Part shown: positions 51,875 through 62,350 of the stretch, in pieces
How positions within the stretch are numbered: the stretch's first letter is position 1
Layout of the letters: every line of letters starts with the position of its first letter
Program-made: the position numbers and the translations under genes
Notes under the pieces: generated by a model
Told to the model about the DNA's origin: nothing
Database searches by the model: none
The model's input: the letters and a program-made list of their open reading frames with translations, nothing else
Origin: Catajapyx aquilonaris
Lineage: Eukaryota
Assembly (NCBI GenBank): GCA_000934665.2
Contig: JYFJ02005096.1
Location: 1-62,350, forward strand
Length of the DNA stretch: 62,350 nt
Direction of reading: 5' to 3'

Positions 51875-52116
51875 CTCTTGTCACTTGACGGATTCAGGTC
51901 CGCCCTACCCTACAAGCTCCGGCGAGTCATTTAGCCCGGTTTGCGCAGCGTCGTGGACGGAATTTGAGTCGGTTTTAGTGGAAATACTGATAAAACCTAG
52001 GCCCAGGAATACTCCTAGGCCTAGCGATGGTTTGAAAATGCACTCGCCTCCCGCCTGAGGGATCCGGCGATGGAAAGTGTGAGTGGCTGTCGAGGCGAGC
52101 CTCCCGGCCCCGCCCG

Positions 52117-52124
52117 TGACGTCA
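52117..52124. promoter_or_regulatory. CRE palindrome in GC-rich putative gliotactin promoter
   Basis: TGACGTCA next to a GC box (CCCCGCCC), about 240 bp upstream of the Gli ATG. Confidence 0.35.
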
Positions 52125-52692
52125 CTTCAGGTAGGGCGCGACTAGTTTCTCAACGACAAACTTGGCCTCGGATGACCGCGGCACAAAAAATAGGAGGATA
52201 AATGAACTCTCTGTACACTTTTACGGCTTTGAATAGCAGGATGAAGAGTGTTTCCGGTGGTAATAAACGTGACTGACACACATTAATTTGGGCACGGAAT
52301 TTCTCTGTGCACGTTTAACAGTAAAACTCGAAGCTCTATATGCTGTGACTCTGTGAGTTATTGCTGCTAGCACAGGTGCAATCAATGCTGGCTTATCACA
52401 GCCCGGAATCTCATTTCTTGCCATATCGGCCTCGTCATGTTTACCGCGGGTGTATGCATTACTCTCATTGGCTGTCCGGATTACCTGTCGTATATGAGGT
52501 ACACAAAAGGTTTGAGCAAGATGGCCTTACACACTGTTCATTATTTATAGTCCTCCAGGACTTTGACCGACTTTGACGCAGCGATGGGTGATAATGATAA
52601 ATTGCAGATAATGGGTTTTCGTCCTCCTTGGCCAGTTTCACCAAGCCCGCCGGTTTTTATGAAAACCGGGCTTGGTGAAACCGACCATTATA

Positions 52693-53130
52693 CAGGGTGT
52701 ATCAAAACTCCACCATAAGCCATATGCCAATGGCTTAATGGGCACCAGGGGATCAATTAATGTAGAGGAGTCATTATGTCTGGGCAGCCTCATTACTGAG
52801 ATAATTGATCATTTGCGTTTTAGCAATTGGGCCTAAGAGTGATTGTCACAGATTGTCACAGATTGTCACAAATGGTCACAGATCACATGCGACATGCAGT
52901 ACACATGCGACATGCTAGTAGATAAATGGAAAAGCTGCTATTTTCACGAGTGATGCGATGTCGGGGCTGAAGGTTTCCATACCTCCCAGGATACTTTGTA
53001 CTACGTGTTTGAAGGCAATTATCTCCGTAATGAGGCGGCCTAGAGATGATGACCCCTCTACATATAATGATGCTCTGGTGCCCCTTATGCCATTGGTACA
53101 TGTCTTATGGTAGAGTTTTGATACACCCTG
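52693..53130. mobile_element. Tc1/mariner-type MITE
   Basis: TA|CAGGGTGTATCAAAACTC...GAGTTTTGATACACCCTG|TA; internal (GATTGTCACA)x3-4. Confidence 0.85.
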
Positions 53131-53253
53131 TATATCATAGCAAGATCATAGGCTAGAGATCATACTAGAGGTTACAGTGCTGTAGAGTTCAAAAGATACC
53201 ACTGACCCAAGACCCTATTACTGTAGGACGAAAAATGAAGTTCTTGTTATAGT

Positions 53254-53930
53254 CAGCGGCGGATTTCCCATTAGGCACAGTAGGCACTGGCCTAGGGGCG
53301 ACCGCGAGTCGTAATAAATAATTTTTTCAAATACAATAGTAGGAAATTAAGGCGACATCACAAAGAAAATCAAATTTTTGAGAGCTTGATTTACCACTAC
53401 GTAGCTACAGGCAGAAAAGGTAATTGCCGAAGGGCGGCCGTCCTCTGGGCCCTGTAGGGGTGTCCGCGAGTCGTAATAAAATAATATTTTTCAACAACAA
53501 CAACAACAACATCACATTTCCCAATGAGGGGTAGTCAGCGATGAAGGGAGGTACGCAAGCTAACCCAACATATGAACTAATAAAACTCATGAGAATAAAC
53601 CTAAAAACAACCCGTCCCACCCCCACCCCTGCCCACCTCAGACATCACGACCTTATTCTCAGACATATTTACCTATTTACCAATTAATTAACCTACTCCA
53701 TTTACACATATCCAAACAAACAACCCTAGCCTCAGCCACGTCCCTGGTCCTATTGACACAAGAACGTCTCGGCTTAACACCCTCAAATACAATAATAGGA
53801 AATTAAGGCGAGATCACCAAGAAAAACGAATTTTTGAGAGCTTCATTTACATTACATTACATGAAGGAGAGAACACAATATAAAAAATTTGCATTTTTAA
53901 GAGTCAGGCNGGGGGGTAAATCCGGCGCTG
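53254..53930. mobile_element. hAT-type non-autonomous element with nested RTE-like LINE fragment (53492-53790, -)
   Basis: TIRs CAGCGGCGGATTT / AAATCCGGCGCTG and a perfect 8-bp TSD GTTATAGT. The insert encodes DVAEARVVCLDMCKWSRLI (RTE ORF C-terminus-like) and ends in (GTT)n. Confidence 0.8.
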
Positions 53931-55826
53931 GTTATAGTATAGGCTACATAACCGCGATAACGATAACTGTCTGATCCCCAGTCCCTTGAAGACTTTTACG
54001 TCTCTTGCATATCTGGAGCTTGCATATCTGGAGACTAGTCTGTCATCCTGCCTCTCTCCCTCCAATTTGACATGTCATCAGCTGTTGCTAACAGGAAAGT
54101 AGTGACACATGCCAATAATTCAAAAACAGAAATGATTACACAATGATGAGGCACATTAGTGTCAGACTACATGATTTACATCACCGATGGTCCCTAAACC
54201 CTAATCGACCGGGTACCCACTACCCAGCAATAATAAAATATATAAATAACCGCTAAAAAAAACTTGCTACATTTCTCTGCATATCACATGTCCGTGTACA
54301 GTAGCCTACTGTACAGGAACCTCTATACTAGAGGACTAATCGGATTATTAGGACAGTACATATTCTTGTTTTGACACTGGGGATAAAAAGTGGGAGTTGA
54401 TTCCATATATCACCAGCAGAACATTCCATTCTAAAGGCACTGTATAGCGCTGTCAGGCTATACTGTATATTTTATAGCATTATTTCGTTTTGTATACACT
54501 ATGGTATAAGCACAGACAATTTGTATCTGCACAGCAACCGTGTACCGACTGTACCCTGCCTCGTGACTGTTGCTCTGCAGCGTGATTTACTTCTCTATAT
54601 ATGCAATAAGCATAATACGGCATAATCTTTCTCCAAGCGGTCCATCGTCCATGGACCAATCCAAAAGGGTAACCTACAGTAAATCAGTACCACTATGCCC
54701 CTTATAAGGGGCAATTCATATACACGCAGTGTGTGAGATTTATTTAATTGCATGTGCACCAATAAAATACGTTAAATGTAGACTATACCGGTACGTACTA
54801 TCTCAAAACATTGGGTGACACACATTTGATGCATTCACACAAATTCCTAATTTACATTTCATCAACGAATCAGGTTCACGCCATCATCAGTGTGTTTTTA
54901 GTTCGGTTTAGTTTATCGGAGAAACCACAGGCATTGAGGGTAGTTTATTCTCTGAAATGCGAATATGGTACTCTGGTAGTGTACATTTCAGCAAACAGGT
55001 AAGCAATATAAGCAAACAAACAACGTCCGATACAACGTGCACAGGAGTGGCGTACGCCTGCTGGGTCCCAATAATACTATGCAGGCTGGCGTACCGTACG
55101 TCAACGAGGGCATTCACTGATGGCGAATGCAAAGTGAAGTCCCATTAGTGACGCAGAAGCAATGAGTAATGACAGTGTCTGGCTGTTACGCGCATCCGGT
55201 GACAACTGCTATCTTATTCAGCATTCCCCCGAATCGGCGTCCACAATATCATTCCCAGAAGAGCGGATGACGACATCACGCACACGCGACCTGCGTCATG
55301 TGTCATGTGCCCCGTTTGTAAAGTGGGTCACAATCGGGTCATAGCAAACGGCCAGGGCCATCACCACTAATAATACGGAGATGCTTTAATCAAGACGAAA
55401 TAGAGACTGGTGTGATCCATCAATCCGGATCGTCCCGCCTTGGCCTCCAACAGCTGGTGGGCGGGGGAGGCAGTGCCAGGCATTGGGGGACATGCGCTGT
55501 TGCAACCAGCTGTTCCCCGGCCGTCATATCTCCAACCCCTTTCACCTTCTGCCTGCCCCTGCCTCCTTCTCCCTGCCCCTGCCTCCTTCTCCCTGCCTCC
55601 TTCTCCCTCCCTCCTCCAGTACAGTCACGCGTATAGTGATGGCTGCAGCTGTCTGATAATCCCGTTCTCCGTTCACTCAGCTAGGGATAAGGACTGAGTG
55701 ACCACTGCCACTTTGGTGATATTACACATATCCCTCCAGCTGACCAGCCTCGTTTTGGCGAGGGAGATGGATCCCTGCACGGAGCAGGAGCAGCCTGCAC
55801 CAGCGCAGTAAGAGTGAAGACGCGCA

Positions 55827-58800
55827 ATGGCGGTGACGAAGAGCGCGGCTGGCCAGCAGCCGGGGTCTGCGGCTGCTGCAGGAGTGGTGCCCACCTCTTC
55901 GGCATCGGTGGCGCAAGGTGTGCTCTCCCACGTCCGGATGGAGCACCTGGTAGCCGGAGTCTCCGGAGGGGTGGTCTCCACGCTGGCCCTCCATCCCTTG
56001 GACCTGATCAAGATCAGGTTCGCCGCCAACGACGGACGCCTGGCCCTGCACCCGCAGTACCGGGGCTTGGGAAACGCCTTCGCCTCCATCCTCAGGCATG
56101 AGGGCCTACAGGGACTGTACAGGGGGGTCACCCCTAACATGTGGGGCGCCGGGACAGCCTGGGGATTCTACTTCCTCTTGTACGTAGCACAGTGCACCAT
56201 GTGTGGGGTGGTGATGGTCGTCGTGGGGTGGGGGAGTGACCTCTCTCTTTCTCTGGCTGGGTGCTGTGATGTAATCAGGCCCTCTGGTTGCATCAGTCTG
56301 CTCAATTAGTTTGAACTGTAGCATGCATCAAGGCATGGTAGCATTCAATCTCTCAGGGAAAGCCTAGGGAAATCAAGCAGTTGCATGCTATTCACTTTTA
56401 ATGAATTCCAATCAATACTTTCTATTTGAGTAGGACTAATATGTTTTGTGTTACAACCATTACAGTGTAACTTGTCACCAAGGTTACACAACTAAAGATA
56501 CAAAAGCTATCAATGGGTTAATAGATGTTATTGTTGATTAACCATTTCCAATGACATCTGTTTAACCTTCAGTATGTCTCCTATCATAAGTGGTGTACTG
56601 GTGTAACCAGGTCTAAGCTGATTAAGTTGAAACTGACTGGAGCATAAACTTGCATTGCGGATCCTTTACTTTGTCCTGACAGAGGATTTTCCATGTAGTT
56701 ATGCGCTATGCAACAGAAAATATTTGCTGTACCAGGGGACAAGGTGTGCATGATATTGACAGGAGCTCCCCCTCTGTGCTCAGAAGCTGCACCGAGATCC
56801 TGCGTCATTCAATGGTTTCATTTTGTAAGTTAGTTATTTAATCCACAGCACCTGTGATTGGCATCAAGTCTTGCAAACTATTTTCTGGCACAATTTTAAC
56901 TATCAGCAGAAGCATACTTCCATTTTACCTTCGGCCCTAGTTTTTCAATGCATAGTGTTTCTTGTGAAAGGTGACATTGGAATCTTTTGCAGTATTGATG
57001 CATCTGCCACTTGCCATTTCATTGTGCCTTATGTTGAGAAAAACTATTACTGACACTCATAATTGCTTGTTTCTTAGTTACAATGCCATCAAGACTTGGT
57101 TGCAAGGAGGTAACCCACAAAAGCCAATTGGACCCACTTGGCACATGATGGCAGCTGCCCAGTCTGGTGTACTTACCTTGATATTGACAAATCCCATATG
57201 GGTGGTGAAGACGCGCCTGTGCCTTCAGTACGGAGAACGCGACCTGGCAGCACTCTCGGAGAGCAAGCAATACAAGGGCATGATGGATGCCCTTAACAAG
57301 GTCTACCGATATGAGGGGCTGAAAGGGCTCTATAAGGTATACCTCTCTTTCACCAGATGTTCACTCTTTCACTAATGAATTTCTTCTTCCTCCTAGGGTT
57401 TCTTGCCTGGAATGTTTGGCGTATCACATGGCGCACTGCAGTTCATGACCTATGAGGAAATGAAAACTGTGTACAATCAGTACCGAGGGATGCCCATAGA
57501 TACAAAGTTGGTGAGTACTCACAAGATGAGGGTAGATCAGTAAAGATTTTAAACGAGCACAGTAATTTCACATTAGAAGACATTAGTAGTGATAGTGTGA
57601 AAAACCAATCCTAGGTTATATTAGAGTCTACAGAAATCATCGTGCATTGCATTTGCACTTTTGAATATAGATTTTTGGTGGCACTATCATTGAAAGTGTG
57701 AAATGGATCGTAGGATATGTTCTAATTGGTACTCTGAATTTGTCCAGGGTACAGCTGAATACCTTGGGTTTGCAGCGGCATCTAAACTGGTAGCTGCCAC
57801 CACCACCTACCCATATCAGGTTGTGAGGGTTCGCCTTCAGGATCACCACCGTGATTACACTGGGGTCATGGATGTTGTGAGGCAGACGTGGAGGTATGAG
57901 GGTGTGCGTGGGTTCTATCGGGGACTTACGCCATACCTATTGCACGTGCTGCCCAACATCTGCCTCGTGCTTCTCATCTATGAGAAGTTTGCAGGAAATC
58001 TGCCCAACTGAAATTTTCAAGTTTCTCTCACCTCCACCCAACACTTTGCATCCTTTCATACTTCCCTAGTATTTATTTTACTACCTTTTAAGGCTAATGG
58101 GACTGTCTCTTGCCTGTGTGCCAAAGAGCTAAAATCTGACCGAATCTCTTGGGGAGCAGAAGTCTTGTGTGTAATGTTGGCTGTCAATGACCTTTGTAAT
58201 CAGTGCTGAAAAGTGCTCAATGTGCAACCTAAGAAGTGGCAATTATATGAATTGAAGCATTTCAGGGAATGTAGACTATGTAGGTGCATAGAGCCAGTGA
58301 CTCTTTTTAAAAGTACACCTCTCTTTTTCACATGGCAGATGAATACTACACCACTTTTTATTTATTTTATTTTTTGTTCATCTAGATTGGAGAAAAGGGG
58401 GAATGGGGTGTGTTCACTTTGCATTGCAGGATGGCTACTGAAGTCATGTAGAGTCCCTTATTTTCTGTTTGATTATGCAGGTGAATACAAATGTAGGATT
58501 TGAATACGTAACTGGGATAGTTCTGATAATACCGCTCATAATGAGTGTTTGTGTCAGTAGATCATGGCAATAAGTAAGAGTCATGACAGCTATCATAGCA
58601 ATTTTAGGTCAACTGTAGCAGCAATGTCTTGTTTTCACCTGGCCCTTTACTTTCTGTCTGAAAAGTACCTCATGGAAGTGAGTGGATAAAACACTCCCTA
58701 GAAAGGGGAGAAAACCTGGAAGGAGAACTGGGGAGAGAAAACTTGAGGGAAGCCTGCAGTATTATCACGGGTTGCTATTTGTTGTGGCAATTTTGTGTCA

Positions 58801-59352
58801 GTGTATATGTGGTTCCTTGTTTCTAGAAACATTGTGTCTCAACAGGGTGTCAAAATGTGGAAGTCATGTGACTTCTCACCTTGCTGGGTTAAAAAGATGT
58901 GTAATTATATGAGGGTTGTGAGGCAGAGCTGGATCCTTTGCCACCCTCAAGTGGAGGTAACGAGGCCGTACCTAATTAAGTTATTGCTCATAACTTATTT
59001 GCTGAAATGGGGTATTTCCCAGCTGGGTCTGGGATATAATTTATATCTGGGATGGGATTTTGGCAATGAAAAAAAAAAAATATACAGCACGAGGTTGTGA
59101 TTGTTCAGTTATGTTGCACTCATTTTCCTGCTTCATTGTGTAATGAGACTTCTACAGTCATATCTTCAGCAAGCAGTGCAGAAGTACAGCTGTGTTCCTT
59201 TTCACAGATTCGAGGGTCTGAAGGGATTTTACAAGGGGTTGGTGCCAAACCTCATCCGTGTCACTCCGGCCACCGCCATCACATTTGTGGTTTATGAGAA
59301 TGTGGTGCATTCCCTGGCCTCGAAGAGGCAAAAGCACACTGATCTCGTCTGA
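55827..59352 (+). CDS. SLC25A32: Mitochondrial folate/FAD carrier SLC25A32, isoform with canonical distal last exon
   Basis: Exons 55827-56179, 57078-57336, 57397-57510, 57748-57893, 59208-59352. Carrier motifs [23 protein letters not shown] (SLC25A32-typical W), [13 protein letters not shown]-terminus [33 protein letters not shown] at 59412. Confidence 0.93.
57894..58011 (+). CDS. SLC25A32: Alternative proximal C-terminus of SLC25A32 (second version of helix 6)
   Basis: Reading through the donor at 57894 gives [38 protein letters not shown], colinear with the distal exon. Confidence 0.8.
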
Positions 59353-60186
59353 TATTAGCAGTATTCCAGAAAACAAATAATGAAGTGCCATATATAACTA
59401 GATTGAAGGGCAATAAAAACATCATGCCCATTATGATAGCAAATCTCTTGCATTTCGGGTTTTATTTATTTCTTTTTTTTAAACTTTCTGTTCAAAATGG
59501 ATCCCCAACAGACCCCAACCCCAGGGCGTGATACTTCAGTCCCATCAATAGTTCCTTATACACAGGGGTGGAAAAAACCTTTTAAAACACTCAACTGCTC
59601 ATAGCAGATAGAAAACTAATATAATAAACACTGTGCACAAGTGATATCAAAGTAGTAGAAATGGCTGATATGTGTTGGTAGCTGTCTCTTAGAACTTGCA
59701 ACAATATAGCTGCACGGTACCTACGAACAGTCAAAACACAAGCGCAGCAAAAAAAAAAAAAATACATGGCACTGGCAAATGTTGCCTGGAACAGCACTAA
59801 CTTCTCGCTGCACTTGACTAGACAAGTTTGATGCAATTGGATCCATGTTACAGTACAAGAGATAAAGGATCTGTAGGGAGATATCCTAAACATTTAAGGA
59901 CCTGTGCAAGTTAAAAGGTATTGAAAAAACACTGGACAAAGCAGGCTGACATATACAAAAAATGCACCTGCACTATTTTCTAAAAAAGGATCACTTTGGT
60001 GCCTCTTTTATAATAATAAAAAATCATCTGGAAGCACATTGGCTATCTTTGTGTAGTGCTTTGGAAGGATGTGTTTGGAACGTGGTGAAGGCAAACCTCT
60101 CTCTAGCTTCCTTAAAAGACAGCCGAGTCTCCTTGCAGAGCAGGCGAGTGTGTTCGGGAGAGGCGGGGGTGAGGGCAAGGCTTATG

Positions 60187-60506
60187 TCAGCAAGACGCGC
60201 AGCTTGACTTCGCTGTACCAATCGAGTTGGGTGTCTTCCCATCAATTGAAATGCGGCCAGGATCTGACTCGGAGTTGCTGTGGTTCCCCTGCTCGTTGGC
60301 CATTATCTGTTGAAGGGTTTATTATATAAGAAAAGCCATAGATCGATGAGAATTTCTTATACCTGTGACACAAGGAATGTGGCCGCCTCATCTATGTTGA
60401 TGTTGTCCTTTGCCGAGGTCTTGAACCATCCACAGAAGCCCTTCTCCCGTGCAAACTCATCCATTTTGGCTTGATTCTCAAAGGGTGGTTCACCACCTAA
60501 GTCACA
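60187..60506 (-). CDS. Rab32: Rab32/Rab38-family small GTPase, last two exons (not in ORF track; 5' exons not found in window)
   Basis: Exon 60506-60363 = CDLGGEPPFENQAKMDEFAREKGFCGWFKTSAKDNINIDEAATFLVSQ (G4 end and G5, Rab32-typical GWFxTSAKDNINI). Exon 60306-60187 ends ...AKSSCASC*. Confidence 0.88.
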
Positions 60507-62290
60507 CTACAAATCAGAAAGTTAAGAGTTAATAATATATCATCGTTGAACTATGACTACCAGCACTCCTCACTCAACCCTTTGTCTCCCGCTCCATTGT
60601 GCACTCTTTGGGTGGGGGTTTAAAAAGGTGAAAATCGTTGGATCTGGCACCATTGGTTTCGCTCTCGATGCACAAGAGGGGGCTGAAGCGTCCGAGACAT
60701 ACAAACCTGAGTTGCAACTTGAGAGAGCCATGTACCGCCTCATATGCTATGCACGAGAAGGTGACGTCAACCTATTGTGACATCTACACGTGTTTTTTAG
60801 GTGACTCGAAAAAATCCGAGATAATTCTATATGATTACTCAGACCTGATGAATTATGAAAACATTAAGTGTTTGTTAAAAAATTTTTAAAGGTCCGGTTT
60901 AAAAGGAGAACGTGAGCCACCAGGTGCGAAAAAAAACTGGCTCAGGTGGCAAGCGGGCTCCGCCTAGAACTCGGGAGCAGTCCGCCTGGGCAATTGGGAG
61001 CGAGGCCACTTCACAGCCGCAATGTTGCCGGGGAAGTTTGCCTACCCTTCACAAATCGTTCTGGTTTTCCCCCCGGCGAAAAGTATGTCGCAGAATTTCA
61101 GGAATTTTAAAATCGTTTTCAGCTGCATGTCCACTTACCGGGAAATAGGCGGCAGGGAGCTGTCTATTTAAATTCGTGCAGTGTTTGTTTACTATTAATA
61201 AGACCTTTGGCCTATGACGGCATGACATTAAAAATATCATGCCAGTGGTGTAAATACTCATGAACATTGAAACTATGAACATTTCCTAAGGGTATGGTGA
61301 AGAAATTTGCGTCGGGGTTATACCAGTGAATTAAAAAATAATAATTTGTTTGGTTGTATGATCATACAACCAACATGGCCGTGGGAAACAAAGGGTAACG
61401 TATTCCACACTTCTCTCTCTCTCTCTCNCCCAAAAAAAAGACCTCAGGTCTGATAACAGGGTAATAATAAATAAAATATTCCACACTTAGCATTAAGATA
61501 CCCTTAATATAAAGAAATGTCTCTGGCCAAATAACCAGATTTTCGCCCCTACATACGGTCTAGTGTCCAGCACCTAGAAAGGTAGGCAAAGTAGCCCATT
61601 CCTTTGCTTCTTAGTGGGCCATATTCAGTAACCCAGGGCCATAAGTAATTGCTAATTGCAATTGATCAGGGCAGCTGTACTGATTGCAACTTTCAAGTAG
61701 GTAGGGGGGAAAGTCAAAGCTAACTTTGGCATATGTCCTGAGGCCAATTCCCTCTCTCTTGAGGGAACAAAACTTCCACTGTCAGCCTCTGCAACTTAAC
61801 CTAATGCCTCCACCACCTGTGGTGGCACAGATAAACAAGAATTCATTTTTTGGAACTGATCAATTTAGACTGTTATTTTTTCAGCAAAGATTAATAGCAG
61901 TTTGAGGATCACATGAATTAAGAGAAGGAAAGAAGTACTTCTTACAAGAAATCATTTTGAAGCTCCCAAAATTGATTATGTACCAATACTAACTCAGCCC
62001 AGACTTACTGAAATTGGCCAATGATGCCTGATATTGTGTTGGCTCCCAAAGGCTGCCTGCACCATTCAAGGCATAAACCATATGTACAGATCACTGCAGA
62101 AATAGTAAATGTTGTTGCTACTGTGGCAACAAACCATTCTGGCTACAGGCCACTTAATCAGATATGGTTATGCATTACAAATAAATTACAAGTTGACAAA
62201 AAATTAATAATTTTGGGCAAACACAACAATTTGCTTATGCTACCAATCGCCAAGCAGGTGCAAGACCGCCAGTCATTATTTAAGACAGCG

Positions 62291-62350
62291 CAGCGGTTCT
62301 CAAACTTTGCCACATCGGGACCCCCTAGAAAGTAATTTCAGATTTGCCCC
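62291..62350. mobile_element. Start of a hAT/Charlie-like MITE cut by the window edge
   Basis: CAGCGGTTCTCAAACTTT...GGACCCC terminus. Confidence 0.45.

Noticed and set aside
60024..60245. 73-aa minus-strand ORF
   Set aside because: Wrong frame of the Rab32 last exon and its 3' UTR.

Overview
Eukaryotic, intron-rich arthropod (probably insect) genomic DNA. The taxon is inferred from the gliotactin, Corin-like and gamma-syntrophin genes and the SINE types. I rebuilt seven spliced protein-coding genes by hand from splice sites and phase. They are broad-minded/TBC1D32 (-, runs off the left edge), a divergent SLC12A8-like transporter (+), a Corin-like membrane serine protease (-), gamma-syntrophin (-), gliotactin (-), SLC25A32 (+, two alternative C-termini) and the last two exons of a Rab32/38-family GTPase (-). 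Introns and spacers hold five tRNA-derived SINE families, many MITEs, a fold-back mariner remnant, RTE-like LINE ends and (AAT)n microsatellites. The most striking unexplained element is a ~300-nt structured non-coding RNA candidate (12499-12804, -) inside a broad-minded intron. It has a PSE+TATA (type-3 Pol III-like) promoter, a T5 terminator, long-range pairing and a template-like repeat, so it could be a telomerase RNA with a non-canonical repeat. Second is SLC25A32, whose two helix-6 versions differ at the substrate contact point (Arg vs His). All homology statements are from recalled sequences, not database searches.
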